Shown here piece after piece: positions 48,801 to 58,020 of a stretch of 64,000 nt of DNA; the first letter of the stretch is position 1, and the number at the start of each line of letters is the position of its first letter. The notes under the pieces are model-generated. The model had not been told where the DNA came from. It saw only the letters and a program-made list of their open reading frames with translations, and did not search any database. The translations under genes and the position numbers were made by a program. This DNA comes from a virus (Duplodnaviria > Caudoviricetes): positions 1 through 64,000 of the IMG/VR virus record IMGVR_UViG_3300021255_002065; one strand, written 5' to 3'.

Positions 48801-50791
48801 TGCAAGGTGGTAACGCATTACCTATATGGCATACCAAAACACAAATCGAAGTAATATCTATAACTGCAAAATGTATTTGCCGTGATGCAGATGGTTATAA
48901 ATATTATGATAAAGAAAATGAAATATGGACATTGTTGGAAAACCAATCTATTACATCAGAAACATTTGAAACATATGGTTCAATCATAACAACAGACAAT
49001 GGTTTATTGAACGAATATTATGTATATGCATATGATGCAAATGAACAAACAAATGCAATCTCATTAAATGTTATTCCCAATTCTCAAACAATCAGAATAC
49101 AATTAGATGTTGACATTCCCGTATCAGAAATAATATTAGATGACGCATATGAAAAGGAATCCTTTCATGTATATTATAATGCAATACGAGTGAAGCAAGA
49201 AGACGACACTTACAAAACTGCATTGGAAATCTATGTCGATCATTTATTAAATGATGACAATGTTTACAAAGCATATGTGTGTCAAATATATGGATCTCCC
49301 CGAAAGACATCAAATACGTATATTAAATTGGATAGTAAAGGAAGACGTATTTTCCAACATAAATATTTTGATATCGATACTGGTGAACTTGTTACAGAAG
49401 AACGAACGATGGAATGGAAGGATCCCGAAGATTATCGTGGAGAAGATGGAATCATTCAAACTGCACAGTGGTTATTACCGGTTGGATCCGCATATAATAT
49501 TCCATATGACTATAATATGAATGTCGTGGATCATGATATCATCAACATATATAACGGCGTTGTTGCAGAACATGACAGAATCATATTCTTTGCATTAGCA
49601 TGTAGAATCCAAACAGTAAATGCAGAAACAGGTGCAGTTTCAACATCATATCAATTAATCATAAAGGCAATGAATTTAATTGACCAGACAGTTTACAGTA
49701 TATGCAGAATTCCATGGAGAACTGTATATACAATTCATGATGATATGTTCATTGGAAAAATGCTTGTGGATGATAAGTATTTCTATTTGTGCATGCAAGC
49801 AAATAACAATTCATCGGTTGCATATGAACGATCACTTGTACGCATTCATCGAAATGATTTCTCTGTAAGTATGTCATCGACATCGGGTGAAGCATTGGTT
49901 GGATATGGACACATGGAATGGTATGATGAAACACATATCCTCATACAAGGACTGACACAATATCTTTTGTATGATACCGTGAGAAATACTTGGAGTAAAA
50001 CACCACATCTGATCAATGGAACATCAATATCCACTGTCCAAGATTGGGCATTGGGTAAAACACAAATCGTATCAACATATGTGAGAAGCAATAATAAAAG
50101 TATCGCAATATGTGATCGGGAAACATTCCAATTGATTAAGATTATTACATTACCACATGCCGAAACAACTCCACGTGTATGTTATGATGGAAATGGAAAG
50201 TTTTATATCGCAACACAATACTATTTGTATGAGTATGACGAAGAGACATCTGAAATTACAAATACGATTAATTTATCCATCATGCCATATCCAAACACGG
50301 TAACATATTGCAATGGTGCAGTAATTGTAACGCAATATTCCAATGATAATAATGAAAATGAACGTCGGTTAATTGTATACCGTACCGACATTGATCAATA
50401 CACATCCATTTATATGCCATGGGGTGTTGGTTACTCGCAACAATATGATTATTGTTATATTCCATTGGCAATTCAAGGAAAATTCTTTTATGTGAAGAAT
50501 TCCACATTGATATTGGATTATTCCAAATATGCCAAATATAAGTTTGGTCCACATCGCAATCGGCACACTGTTGTATTGAACAAAAGTAATGATGATATGT
50601 TCACATATGACAGTCGATTTGTTTCTGTAATGGAAAACTGTATCAAGGTGCATGATGGAAATATCGAATATTCATTTAATGAATATGATACCAATCATAT
50701 TACGAGAACCAATCAGATCTCCAAAGAGGATTACAGATACCTGCTAGGTTCCACTGTAATTACAAATGAAGAAGGTGATTCAATTGAGTGA
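45824..50791 (+). CDS. Large tail-fibre/adhesin-like protein: two Gly-rich (ALK/LTK-like) domains, two lectin-like domains and a C-terminal beta-rich region
   Basis: FSYTG...GGGGATDIR...RIMVAAGAGG...GGGGGWYSG occurs twice; LY..KI.....L.P.....G.FD module occurs twice. Confidence 0.8.
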   Translation: MSNKLIGYDNQLWRVEQEFSYTGNDQPFTLEPGTYLFICEGAHSGKGSRDIKEYGGITYGEITLNEATTFHAVVGSDGADYNIDYTLCTGGFNGGAHGGMSTSSTFLNGPGGGGATDIRLLPYDANEYPSYNDDGTLVSPVNSMTVSECYHIDDPDDRFENDGVMYQKCEYIIDSGSSYFDTGVLIQSGTCYAETKFMFTQLSSSEQNIFGTFGGASIGSYSLGMQDYKIRTVVHCGGSTYPKAEINATTNTEYIVSMKLNETQQELTVNGTTVTQSQSNALQNTSTIHVCANGVEHIWCLVGRLYYLKIYDNDTLVLDLIPCIRLTDNIAGMFDLVTNRFFKSDTSTNFSAAETQIHPSDYTALEYIYAIGSTNSGYFNTGYIPKANTKIETEVVCYENTIQSYEIIFGARNGSYQNNAFVFFSRFNNSNIPVYNRSGAETQGVDFLYNEKIKLICYRDKAEWFFNDSETPNGSVTATGIVNDCICPLLINTSNNATSNAVSSEGSWNKFKLYSFKISEIDTATGDETVIKNYVPAYRNADHKEGLFDIINNTFITPNSGAWLQGPPKTNHPSLNSRIMVAAGAGGHIVANDTGVAAGDGFSYGGGPYGSMCRDVGGVDGFSMIFPTQSDGYAFGYGCYPTKRTTTNAYSAEGCGGGGGGWYSGYASIPHNQNASGITKEGGGGSSYVLTASSYKPSDYHPEPKYYFTKALLHGAQAMGDLFSNNPEDWTNGHVYICKKETNIKTGDIIVYPCTGDAVSHDLPAGKYKLKVWGGDGGSRGSISHAVKGGYSEGIIDTQNNHTIYVYTGGSGGPRADIGYSDAFANTMTIANLPSLKFNGGKSIQNCARIISSSGGGTDIRFDVDDFYHRVIVAGGAGSEGMNGSVAGEGGGTEGGTQSNANCGTNNGPGTQKSGYAFGIGGPGYCQSGGYGGCGGGGWYGGYGTTPDRNGDDDRAGSGGSGFTLTANTPITDIPSGYACNEEEYYLTEATTVQGGNALPIWHTKTQIEVISITAKCICRDADGYKYYDKENEIWTLLENQSITSETFETYGSIITTDNGLLNEYYVYAYDANEQTNAISLNVIPNSQTIRIQLDVDIPVSEIILDDAYEKESFHVYYNAIRVKQEDDTYKTALEIYVDHLLNDDNVYKAYVCQIYGSPRKTSNTYIKLDSKGRRIFQHKYFDIDTGELVTEERTMEWKDPEDYRGEDGIIQTAQWLLPVGSAYNIPYDYNMNVVDHDIINIYNGVVAEHDRIIFFALACRIQTVNAETGAVSTSYQLIIKAMNLIDQTVYSICRIPWRTVYTIHDDMFIGKMLVDDKYFYLCMQANNNSSVAYERSLVRIHRNDFSVSMSSTSGEALVGYGHMEWYDETHILIQGLTQYLLYDTVRNTWSKTPHLINGTSISTVQDWALGKTQIVSTYVRSNNKSIAICDRETFQLIKIITLPHAETTPRVCYDGNGKFYIATQYYLYEYDEETSEITNTINLSIMPYPNTVTYCNGAVIVTQYSNDNNENERRLIVYRTDIDQYTSIYMPWGVGYSQQYDYCYIPLAIQGKFFYVKNSTLILDYSKYAKYKFGPHRNRHTVVLNKSNDDMFTYDSRFVSVMENCIKVHDGNIEYSFNEYDTNHITRTNQISKEDYRYLLGSTVITNEEGDSIE

Positions 50792-53645
50792 AGAAATGAA
50801 AATATATCACAAAGTGATGGAATTCGCTAAACACAAAAATTCACAAGGTGGTTTCGGTAACTTGTATTATGTGAGAACGATCAAACCAGATGGAACGGTA
50901 ACATCCGAAACATATGGAATGAATATGATGACGGAGTATGGCTTAACACAATATTTCTACAACAATTCAAAACCAAGTTGGCCAAATTATTTATACATTG
51001 GAAACGGTACAGATCACACGCAATCTCAAATTAATGATAATATTCCTTCTGGTTCGGGACATCAATTGTTTTCTTATTTTACAACAGAACATGATGTCGA
51101 TAGTTTACGCGATACTACCATTGATTACAAATATCCGATGTATTATTATAAAATCCCCGGTAGTAATCCAGAAGAAGGTATTGTGACATGTGTTGCCAAA
51201 TTTCGAAAATGTGGATTTGATTACAATATTACCGGTGTCACACAACCATTTGAAATTACAGAATATGGTATTGGAACAGATTCCACACATTTATGGACAC
51301 ATTCGTGGGTGTATGATAAGACAGGTCGATATACGTATGTAACAAAGACTCCTGGTGAACGTTTGGAAATGATTATTTTTTTATGCATGTCATATAAGAC
51401 AAGTGTCATTACAAACGCCATTGCAAATGGACAATATCCGGTTATTACCACATTACAACGATTCATCGGTTATCGAATGGATGAACAAACCTTTGGAACA
51501 TATTGTCGATATAATTCATTTACAAATCGAAATTCTGTTAGTAGCATTTCATACACTCCAATTTCCGGACATCAACAAACTCGCACCAGATATTTGACAT
51601 CATTTAACATCAATAATTCAGAATCTGCTGAGAATGGATATATCGATGGTTTCTATTCATATACACCTGGATTTTGTGTCATAGAACCACAAATATTAAC
51701 AACTCCGGAATCATTTGATATTGAAATCCGAGATTCGTTTGATAACTATTATCAAACATCCATCTCAGATCAATTTGGTAGAAAGAGCACTCCACAAATA
51801 CCAATTACGCAATTGACGTTTAATACATCTGCTGGAGATGGATTGTGGTTGTATAATCGATTCCATACCACAAATGAAGACGGATATTCCAACCCAATCA
51901 GTTATACAAATGAATCCAATTATTGGTATGGGGAAACATCTTTGGAAACATCTTTTAATGTGCCAATCTATATGACGGATATTAACGATACAATTATAGA
52001 GTTATTCGTATATCAAAACATGCACACGGATAATCCCATTTTACAATTCAACAATACGACGATTGGTACAATTTATGGGACAGATGCATATTGGGACAAA
52101 TCCAAATGGGTTCGTATTGTGAATCCGTTTGCAATTCCAACAGCACAACAAACATGTCGTTATTACATTACGAATTCTAATTCCACGTCGCTGAATCCGG
52201 TTCGTGCATTGTCCAAATTTACAATCACCCCAACCACTGGTGAAAATAAGACATTCTCATTCATAATGTATAATCGTGAAACACAAAGTTGTCCACAAAT
52301 GTCATGTGAAAACTTTGAGAATGGATTCTATGTCCGAAATGCTTATGTATTTATCCCATCTTTGAACACCACATATCAGATTGGTGTCAGTGGTGATAAA
52401 CTAAGCAACGCTAGTTGGAATGAGTCATCTTATCAACACATGACATATGGAAAATTAATTATTACAACAAGAACTTCTTCTAATGATGGATATTTCTTAT
52501 TAACAAGCATGGATGATTTATTAGCTCCAGCAACTGTTCAGTTTATAATGACTGGTGATGATGGATTTACTGCGACATCCAACTTTAATTTGGGAACGCT
52601 GACGTATAAAACAGAATCCGGTACGGGAATCTTTTGTTTCCAAAGAACCGATGGCAATGATGAATGTGTTGTTGTTGACTTGACACGTCGTGACGTTGGT
52701 TCTGTAAATCCTTATATCAAAACAAAATTTGATGCAAAAATGTCATGTGCTATTTGCGATACACGATCAACCACATCTTCGAACCATCATCAACGTATTG
52801 CATATTACACCACGGATACAACAAATCCATCCATTAAGATATACGATTTCGATCAAGAAACAGATGTATTAGAATTGAATCTTCCAAATGTATCTGGAAC
52901 CAGCATGACAGATATCATTATCATGTGGGCATTGAATGACCACTTGTATGCATCAAATGGTTCATCATGGACATGGCATTGGGATTTATCTTCAGGAGAT
53001 ACAAGCGGAGAAAGTTGTACTAACATCATGACATTATTCTCTGCAAAATCCAATCTATGCAAAGCTAGATTCACATGTGTGGATGATGTGATTATGATTT
53101 ATAATGTGGAAGATGTAGATATCGCACATGTATATTATAATCGAATTGACCAGCATCAAAATATCGTATATTCTTTAAAAGACTTCGGTTTTACACAAGC
53201 TGGTCGCAATAGATCTTATTACAGTTTGCGATATATTGAAAATGGAAATACATTGGCGTTGATTTGTTCATATCCATATGAGTCTGGCAGTTATTATGGT
53301 TCAACACGTGTTTTAATTGACTTTGGGCAATATCTGAATCCGCCGACGGGATATGATCCCATATATTCCAAGATTTATGTAAATACACAATCTAAATATT
53401 ACAATGAGTCACCGAATTTTGTTCCGGCATGGACAACATATGGTGAAAACGTGATATGGGGACAACGACAAATACCGATTGCATTGATGATGCCAATTCG
53501 TATGAAAGCGCGTACCAAAACGATTTCTGCAGTAAATACAATCAAACATATTTCTGGCAAGACATTCGATGTTACATTCACCAATTCACCACCTGGAGAA
53601 TGGTCGGAAGATACTCCGGGATATCCGCCTGGTGTATTAAATTGA
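50784..53645 (+). CDS. Putative tail/baseplate-associated protein, paralog of 54245-57988
   Basis: Shared N- and C-terminal motifs; TTG start after GAAGGTG. Confidence 0.65.
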   Translation: MSEEMKIYHKVMEFAKHKNSQGGFGNLYYVRTIKPDGTVTSETYGMNMMTEYGLTQYFYNNSKPSWPNYLYIGNGTDHTQSQINDNIPSGSGHQLFSYFTTEHDVDSLRDTTIDYKYPMYYYKIPGSNPEEGIVTCVAKFRKCGFDYNITGVTQPFEITEYGIGTDSTHLWTHSWVYDKTGRYTYVTKTPGERLEMIIFLCMSYKTSVITNAIANGQYPVITTLQRFIGYRMDEQTFGTYCRYNSFTNRNSVSSISYTPISGHQQTRTRYLTSFNINNSESAENGYIDGFYSYTPGFCVIEPQILTTPESFDIEIRDSFDNYYQTSISDQFGRKSTPQIPITQLTFNTSAGDGLWLYNRFHTTNEDGYSNPISYTNESNYWYGETSLETSFNVPIYMTDINDTIIELFVYQNMHTDNPILQFNNTTIGTIYGTDAYWDKSKWVRIVNPFAIPTAQQTCRYYITNSNSTSLNPVRALSKFTITPTTGENKTFSFIMYNRETQSCPQMSCENFENGFYVRNAYVFIPSLNTTYQIGVSGDKLSNASWNESSYQHMTYGKLIITTRTSSNDGYFLLTSMDDLLAPATVQFIMTGDDGFTATSNFNLGTLTYKTESGTGIFCFQRTDGNDECVVVDLTRRDVGSVNPYIKTKFDAKMSCAICDTRSTTSSNHHQRIAYYTTDTTNPSIKIYDFDQETDVLELNLPNVSGTSMTDIIIMWALNDHLYASNGSSWTWHWDLSSGDTSGESCTNIMTLFSAKSNLCKARFTCVDDVIMIYNVEDVDIAHVYYNRIDQHQNIVYSLKDFGFTQAGRNRSYYSLRYIENGNTLALICSYPYESGSYYGSTRVLIDFGQYLNPPTGYDPIYSKIYVNTQSKYYNESPNFVPAWTTYGENVIWGQRQIPIALMMPIRMKARTKTISAVNTIKHISGKTFDVTFTNSPPGEWSEDTPGYPPGVLN

Positions 53646-53663
53646 TATGTGGAGGTGTTTCTT

Positions 53664-54227
53664 ATGGCAGATATTTTTTATGCAAAAGAAATCATGAAGA
53701 ATGTAAACAATTCAACATATCATGATCCGAATGGTAAGCCTTTACGGAAAATACGAGGGCTTTATGTGACGGGGGTCTGGCGACCCCCTCACTATATTGA
53801 CCGACATTTATTTATAACAAATATTGGTTTAAATAATATTCCCGCGAAAGTTGAATCCCTCACTGAGGACACGAAACATGTACGCCCATCAGATTATTTA
53901 ACCGCAATTACAGAGTTTAAGGCAACAACTTCAGCGACATTTATTCACTTCACAAAAATAGAAAAACACCAACGTCCAGGTGATTACTTAACTGCAATCA
54001 CGGAGTTTAAATCACTTGGACCACCGTCATTTTATAAATTTACAACAGTATCAAAACATGTACATCCATCAGATTATTTAACTGCAATTACAGAGTTTAA
54101 GGCAACAACAATGGCAACATTTGTGCCATACTATATTCCAGAGGTAATTACACATGCTCCCGGTAAACCATCATTACAAATCAAAAGCATCAGTGGCACA
54201 CAGGCTACTGTTGAAGATGTAACATAA
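53664..54227 (+). CDS. Small protein with three 30-aa tandem repeats
   Basis: KHxxPxDYLTAITEFK three times. Confidence 0.8.
   Translation: MADIFYAKEIMKNVNNSTYHDPNGKPLRKIRGLYVTGVWRPPHYIDRHLFITNIGLNNIPAKVESLTEDTKHVRPSDYLTAITEFKATTSATFIHFTKIEKHQRPGDYLTAITEFKSLGPPSFYKFTTVSKHVHPSDYLTAITEFKATTMATFVPYYIPEVITHAPGKPSLQIKSISGTQATVEDVT
53873..54125 (+). repeat. Three 90-nt tandem coding repeats
   Basis: GATTAYTTAACYGCAATYACRGAGTTTAA at 90-nt spacing; copies 1 and 3 are the most alike. Confidence 0.85.
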
Positions 54228-54244
54228 GGAAAGGAGAGATTATT

Positions 54245-57200
54245 ATGCGTTTTGAAGATTTAACTCAAGAACAGATCGATGAAAAGATTCTTTCATTTCA
54301 AAATAATAACAAAGATTTGAAAGGGCATAATCTATATTACGCAGTTACGGTAAATGAAGATGGAACCATTGCAGATGAAGCATATGGTGCAAATCTAATG
54401 ACAAATCGTGGATTCATGATGACGTATCACAAAGAGTGTATTCAAGAAAATTGGTATAATTATAGATTCATGATTGGTACTGGTTATACAAATGACAATG
54501 GCACAACTTATACGGGACATCCAGAGTTGACAGATGAATGCATGGAAGAATATGTCGGTATTTGTACCAGTTGGACACAGTCACTCGGAGTTATTGTCAC
54601 ATCTTATGATGACATGGAAACTACTGATGAAGGTGTAATTTATCAGGTATCCCGCATTGGATATGGCTATTTCGATTATCAACATTCGTTACCGACCAAT
54701 GACAACCCTACAATCGCGGGTCATTATGGTGGCACACCAGATGGAAGAACGGTGAATGGTTCAACCGTTGTAGATAGCCGTTGGCAACAAGACGAAGTCG
54801 GTTGGTACTTTAATATTACGGAAATGGGTGGAACGTACGGTGGAGAACACCGATACTCTATATGGTACAATGGCAACTATCATTATTATTGCACAGATGG
54901 TTCCAGTAATCCGGGAGGTTGGGCAACTAGAAACGTGATATGGCATTTCTTATTGTTGGATTATAATGGAAATCCACAACCATTGAAAAAACGATACAAT
55001 CAGAAGTTGTTTATTTATGTATATCACACATCGATATTGCCAGAAAAAATGATCATTGATAATTGGAAAGATAAACAATATTTGATGATAAATCCAGAAG
55101 GATATAATAGAGGATATAACAATGAATCCATCTATGTCTCACCAATTTCTCATTACGCTAACTATACTGCATGGGAATCAAAAAACCCGATTACTAATCG
55201 ATATGCAGATATGATTAATTACGCATGTGGCATGACTGCCACACTAGATTATGTTAATAATATCTATTCGTATTCGGGTGGAGGACAACCATGGGATACA
55301 GATCCATATGGCACAACAGATGGTGTTTCTGTAACATACCGATTCACATCTAAGACGCGTTTAGTGGAAGATCATTGGGTATTTGTTTCATATTATCTGA
55401 CGGGCTTGACGTATTGGAATGGTGGCAGTCGTACTAGTTATGATACGATCAGAGGAGACACATTTTTGGTGACATATGACGAATTGGATGAGCCGGAAGA
55501 AATTACCACAGAAATTTATTGCAATAACTCGCAGAGTAATTGGATCAGTGATCAATTTGGTGAAACACCGGATACTAGTGCAAAGAACGGATTAATGCCA
55601 ATTATGGATATGGAGACAGCACCAACGCATGCTTACTTGTATAATTATGACACGAAAGAATGCGATATTCCTGTGGAGTTATATATTCCACAAAATGCAG
55701 CATGCGGTCAATATTTTTATGCACAAAGAGTGTTGATTGATAATCTGATATTGAGACAAATGTTATGTCCAGATGGTGCTACCAGAGAATGTAATGCATA
55801 TTTCAACCCTTTTGCATATAAAGAAAATGATCCTGATTATGCAGGTATCCATCCGGGCAAAATCATTACAGCCATTGATAAAACTTCGGTTACATTATTC
55901 GCTGCAGATAAGTATTGGGATATCTCCACATGGACACAATTCATCAATAATTCAGATATGGGGAATCAAACTGATACAAATGGACATCTCTTAGTGCAAA
56001 AGAAATATTTTGTTGCATATGACACCAGTACTGCATCTAATCGAGAACTATGGTTGACATTCCGTGATGAGGATTATCCGAAGATTGTACCTCATACAGA
56101 GAATGTAGATTTGTTTACGTTACCATATCATGATATCACAGAAATGATTGGGAATGATGATTATAATTACTTTACCATTGGAGATGGTGTTGTAAAACTA
56201 AGCGGAGAACCTGGCGTGGGTTTGGATAACACATTAGCATTTGATACGTATTATCATCTGCAACATGATTACTATTCGTCATTATATCATGCTCGCCAAG
56301 CTTATGGTAAGAATATTATGTTTAAAATGTGGCATCAGACTAATATGGTTGACATATGGGATATTACAGAAGAATCCACGATTTCCAGTTGGAATCATCA
56401 ATATAAGACATTAAAGAATCATTTCGCTTGCGATAGATATTGGAGTGATTGTTACGAGGATCATAACAATGGTCGATACATGATATTGAGTGGAAATAGT
56501 GGTACGGATGATATTCTTGGAGAACATGGATATGGAATCACTATATTTGATAATGCTTTGGATGTAGAAGCAGAATATCCAGAAACAATCGAAGATATTA
56601 CCAGCGTTATAACATTTGCATATCCATCAGAAAGTGGGTATGGATACTATGCGCAAGATTATAGGTCTATCGCGATGAGTGCAGGAGAATATGTGGAAGT
56701 GGATCCAGATGATGTCATTTATGGTATCATTGATTGTGATTATACAAGAAACAATAACAACGCATATTATTTCTTTGGAGCTGTATTTGATGAAAACAAG
56801 ACATTATTATATGTTTTTAATAAAAGATGCACACCATTCTGGATAAGACATCCTGATGCGAAATATGCAAGAATCTATTTTACAAATTACTCCACCGCTG
56901 GTGGTGCTGATGCAATTAATTCTATGCGAAACCCATACAATGTTTGGTTTGTGAAGAATAAGAATTATGGATTGGACATGCCATATATTAAAGATGCTCG
57001 TCATGGTATTTGTGTGAGAGGATCTTCCAACTTAATGGCATATAACGATGTATCAGAAGGACACACATATTTGCAAACATGGCGCATTATTAATATGAGT
57101 GATCCAGTTGATACAAATGGAGATCCAAAAATCTTACAAACATTTGAAATTGATGAAAACTTTATTGGTGGAACATTCACTGGTGGTATTGGTTTCTCCC

Positions 57201-57988
57201 ATTATGTATATTTAAGAATGAATGATAAGAATAACAATTATTCCTTCTGGTTATATGATACTACTTCACGAGAATTAAAACATCTTGCATCAACTACATG
57301 GAATGGGTTTAATGATTCTACTGGAAATAGACATGCATGCTTTGTTGGTAATGACGATGTATTGTGCTATTGTGGTGCTATCTATAGTAATAGCATCACA
57401 AATGATTTATCGAATTTCGGATCAAATATTTATTGTATTACAGCAGATGACCCCGAAACTCTACGCACATTGTGGAGTTATCATAATACGACAACATCAT
57501 TACAGTTGAAGACTGTGAACTGGGGGACGACATCTGATCCAAAGAATCAACTTTTGTTAGCTGGATATGGACACTATGCAAATAATCGTTTTTATTATAG
57601 ACAGCGCATTGTATTGGACATCGGGAAATGGTTGAAAACAAAGAGTTGGCCAAATGGAGAGCCTGGAAGTTATTGGGATTCCAGGTCGAACAGTAGTGAT
57701 ACCGGCAATATATATGACGGATATATTTATGCTTATATCTACAAGAAAGGTGTTATTGAATTGAAGAATGGCGATACTTCAAGAGCAACTTCTCAGATTA
57801 GTTATCGACCATTAGAGAATTTCTTACCAATGGAATTTACATGTACTACAAAAACGATTAATGCATTTAATAATCCAATTCAAATCAGTGGTAAGACATA
57901 CACATTTACCAGAACAAATAATTTGAAAGCAATTAATGTAAATCTTGATGAAAATACATCGAATATTTGGAAACAGAATACTGAATAA
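54245..57988 (+). CDS. Putative tail/baseplate-associated protein, paralog of 50784-53645
   Basis: NLYY..T...DGT...E.YG.N.MT..G at the N-terminus and TKTI.A.N....ISGKT...T.TN at the C-terminus. Confidence 0.65.
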   Translation: MRFEDLTQEQIDEKILSFQNNNKDLKGHNLYYAVTVNEDGTIADEAYGANLMTNRGFMMTYHKECIQENWYNYRFMIGTGYTNDNGTTYTGHPELTDECMEEYVGICTSWTQSLGVIVTSYDDMETTDEGVIYQVSRIGYGYFDYQHSLPTNDNPTIAGHYGGTPDGRTVNGSTVVDSRWQQDEVGWYFNITEMGGTYGGEHRYSIWYNGNYHYYCTDGSSNPGGWATRNVIWHFLLLDYNGNPQPLKKRYNQKLFIYVYHTSILPEKMIIDNWKDKQYLMINPEGYNRGYNNESIYVSPISHYANYTAWESKNPITNRYADMINYACGMTATLDYVNNIYSYSGGGQPWDTDPYGTTDGVSVTYRFTSKTRLVEDHWVFVSYYLTGLTYWNGGSRTSYDTIRGDTFLVTYDELDEPEEITTEIYCNNSQSNWISDQFGETPDTSAKNGLMPIMDMETAPTHAYLYNYDTKECDIPVELYIPQNAACGQYFYAQRVLIDNLILRQMLCPDGATRECNAYFNPFAYKENDPDYAGIHPGKIITAIDKTSVTLFAADKYWDISTWTQFINNSDMGNQTDTNGHLLVQKKYFVAYDTSTASNRELWLTFRDEDYPKIVPHTENVDLFTLPYHDITEMIGNDDYNYFTIGDGVVKLSGEPGVGLDNTLAFDTYYHLQHDYYSSLYHARQAYGKNIMFKMWHQTNMVDIWDITEESTISSWNHQYKTLKNHFACDRYWSDCYEDHNNGRYMILSGNSGTDDILGEHGYGITIFDNALDVEAEYPETIEDITSVITFAYPSESGYGYYAQDYRSIAMSAGEYVEVDPDDVIYGIIDCDYTRNNNNAYYFFGAVFDENKTLLYVFNKRCTPFWIRHPDAKYARIYFTNYSTAGGADAINSMRNPYNVWFVKNKNYGLDMPYIKDARHGICVRGSSNLMAYNDVSEGHTYLQTWRIINMSDPVDTNGDPKILQTFEIDENFIGGTFTGGIGFSHYVYLRMNDKNNNYSFWLYDTTSRELKHLASTTWNGFNDSTGNRHACFVGNDDVLCYCGAIYSNSITNDLSNFGSNIYCITADDPETLRTLWSYHNTTTSLQLKTVNWGTTSDPKNQLLLAGYGHYANNRFYYRQRIVLDIGKWLKTKSWPNGEPGSYWDSRSNSSDTGNIYDGYIYAYIYKKGVIELKNGDTSRATSQISYRPLENFLPMEFTCTTKTINAFNNPIQISGKTYTFTRTNNLKAINVNLDENTSNIWKQNTE

Positions 57989-57993
57989 TGATT

Positions 57994-58017
57994 ATTGGGG
58001 GCCATATGGCCCCCAAT
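57994..58017. repeat. Perfect palindrome, ATAT-centred family, between convergent genes
   Basis: ATTGGGGGCCATATGGCCCCCAAT. Confidence 0.9.
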
Positions 58018-58020
58018 TGA

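Noticed and set aside
53873-54125. CRISPR array or DGR template/variable repeat
   Set aside because: The repeats are in-frame coding units, differences are not adenine-specific, and no cas or reverse transcriptase gene is in the window.
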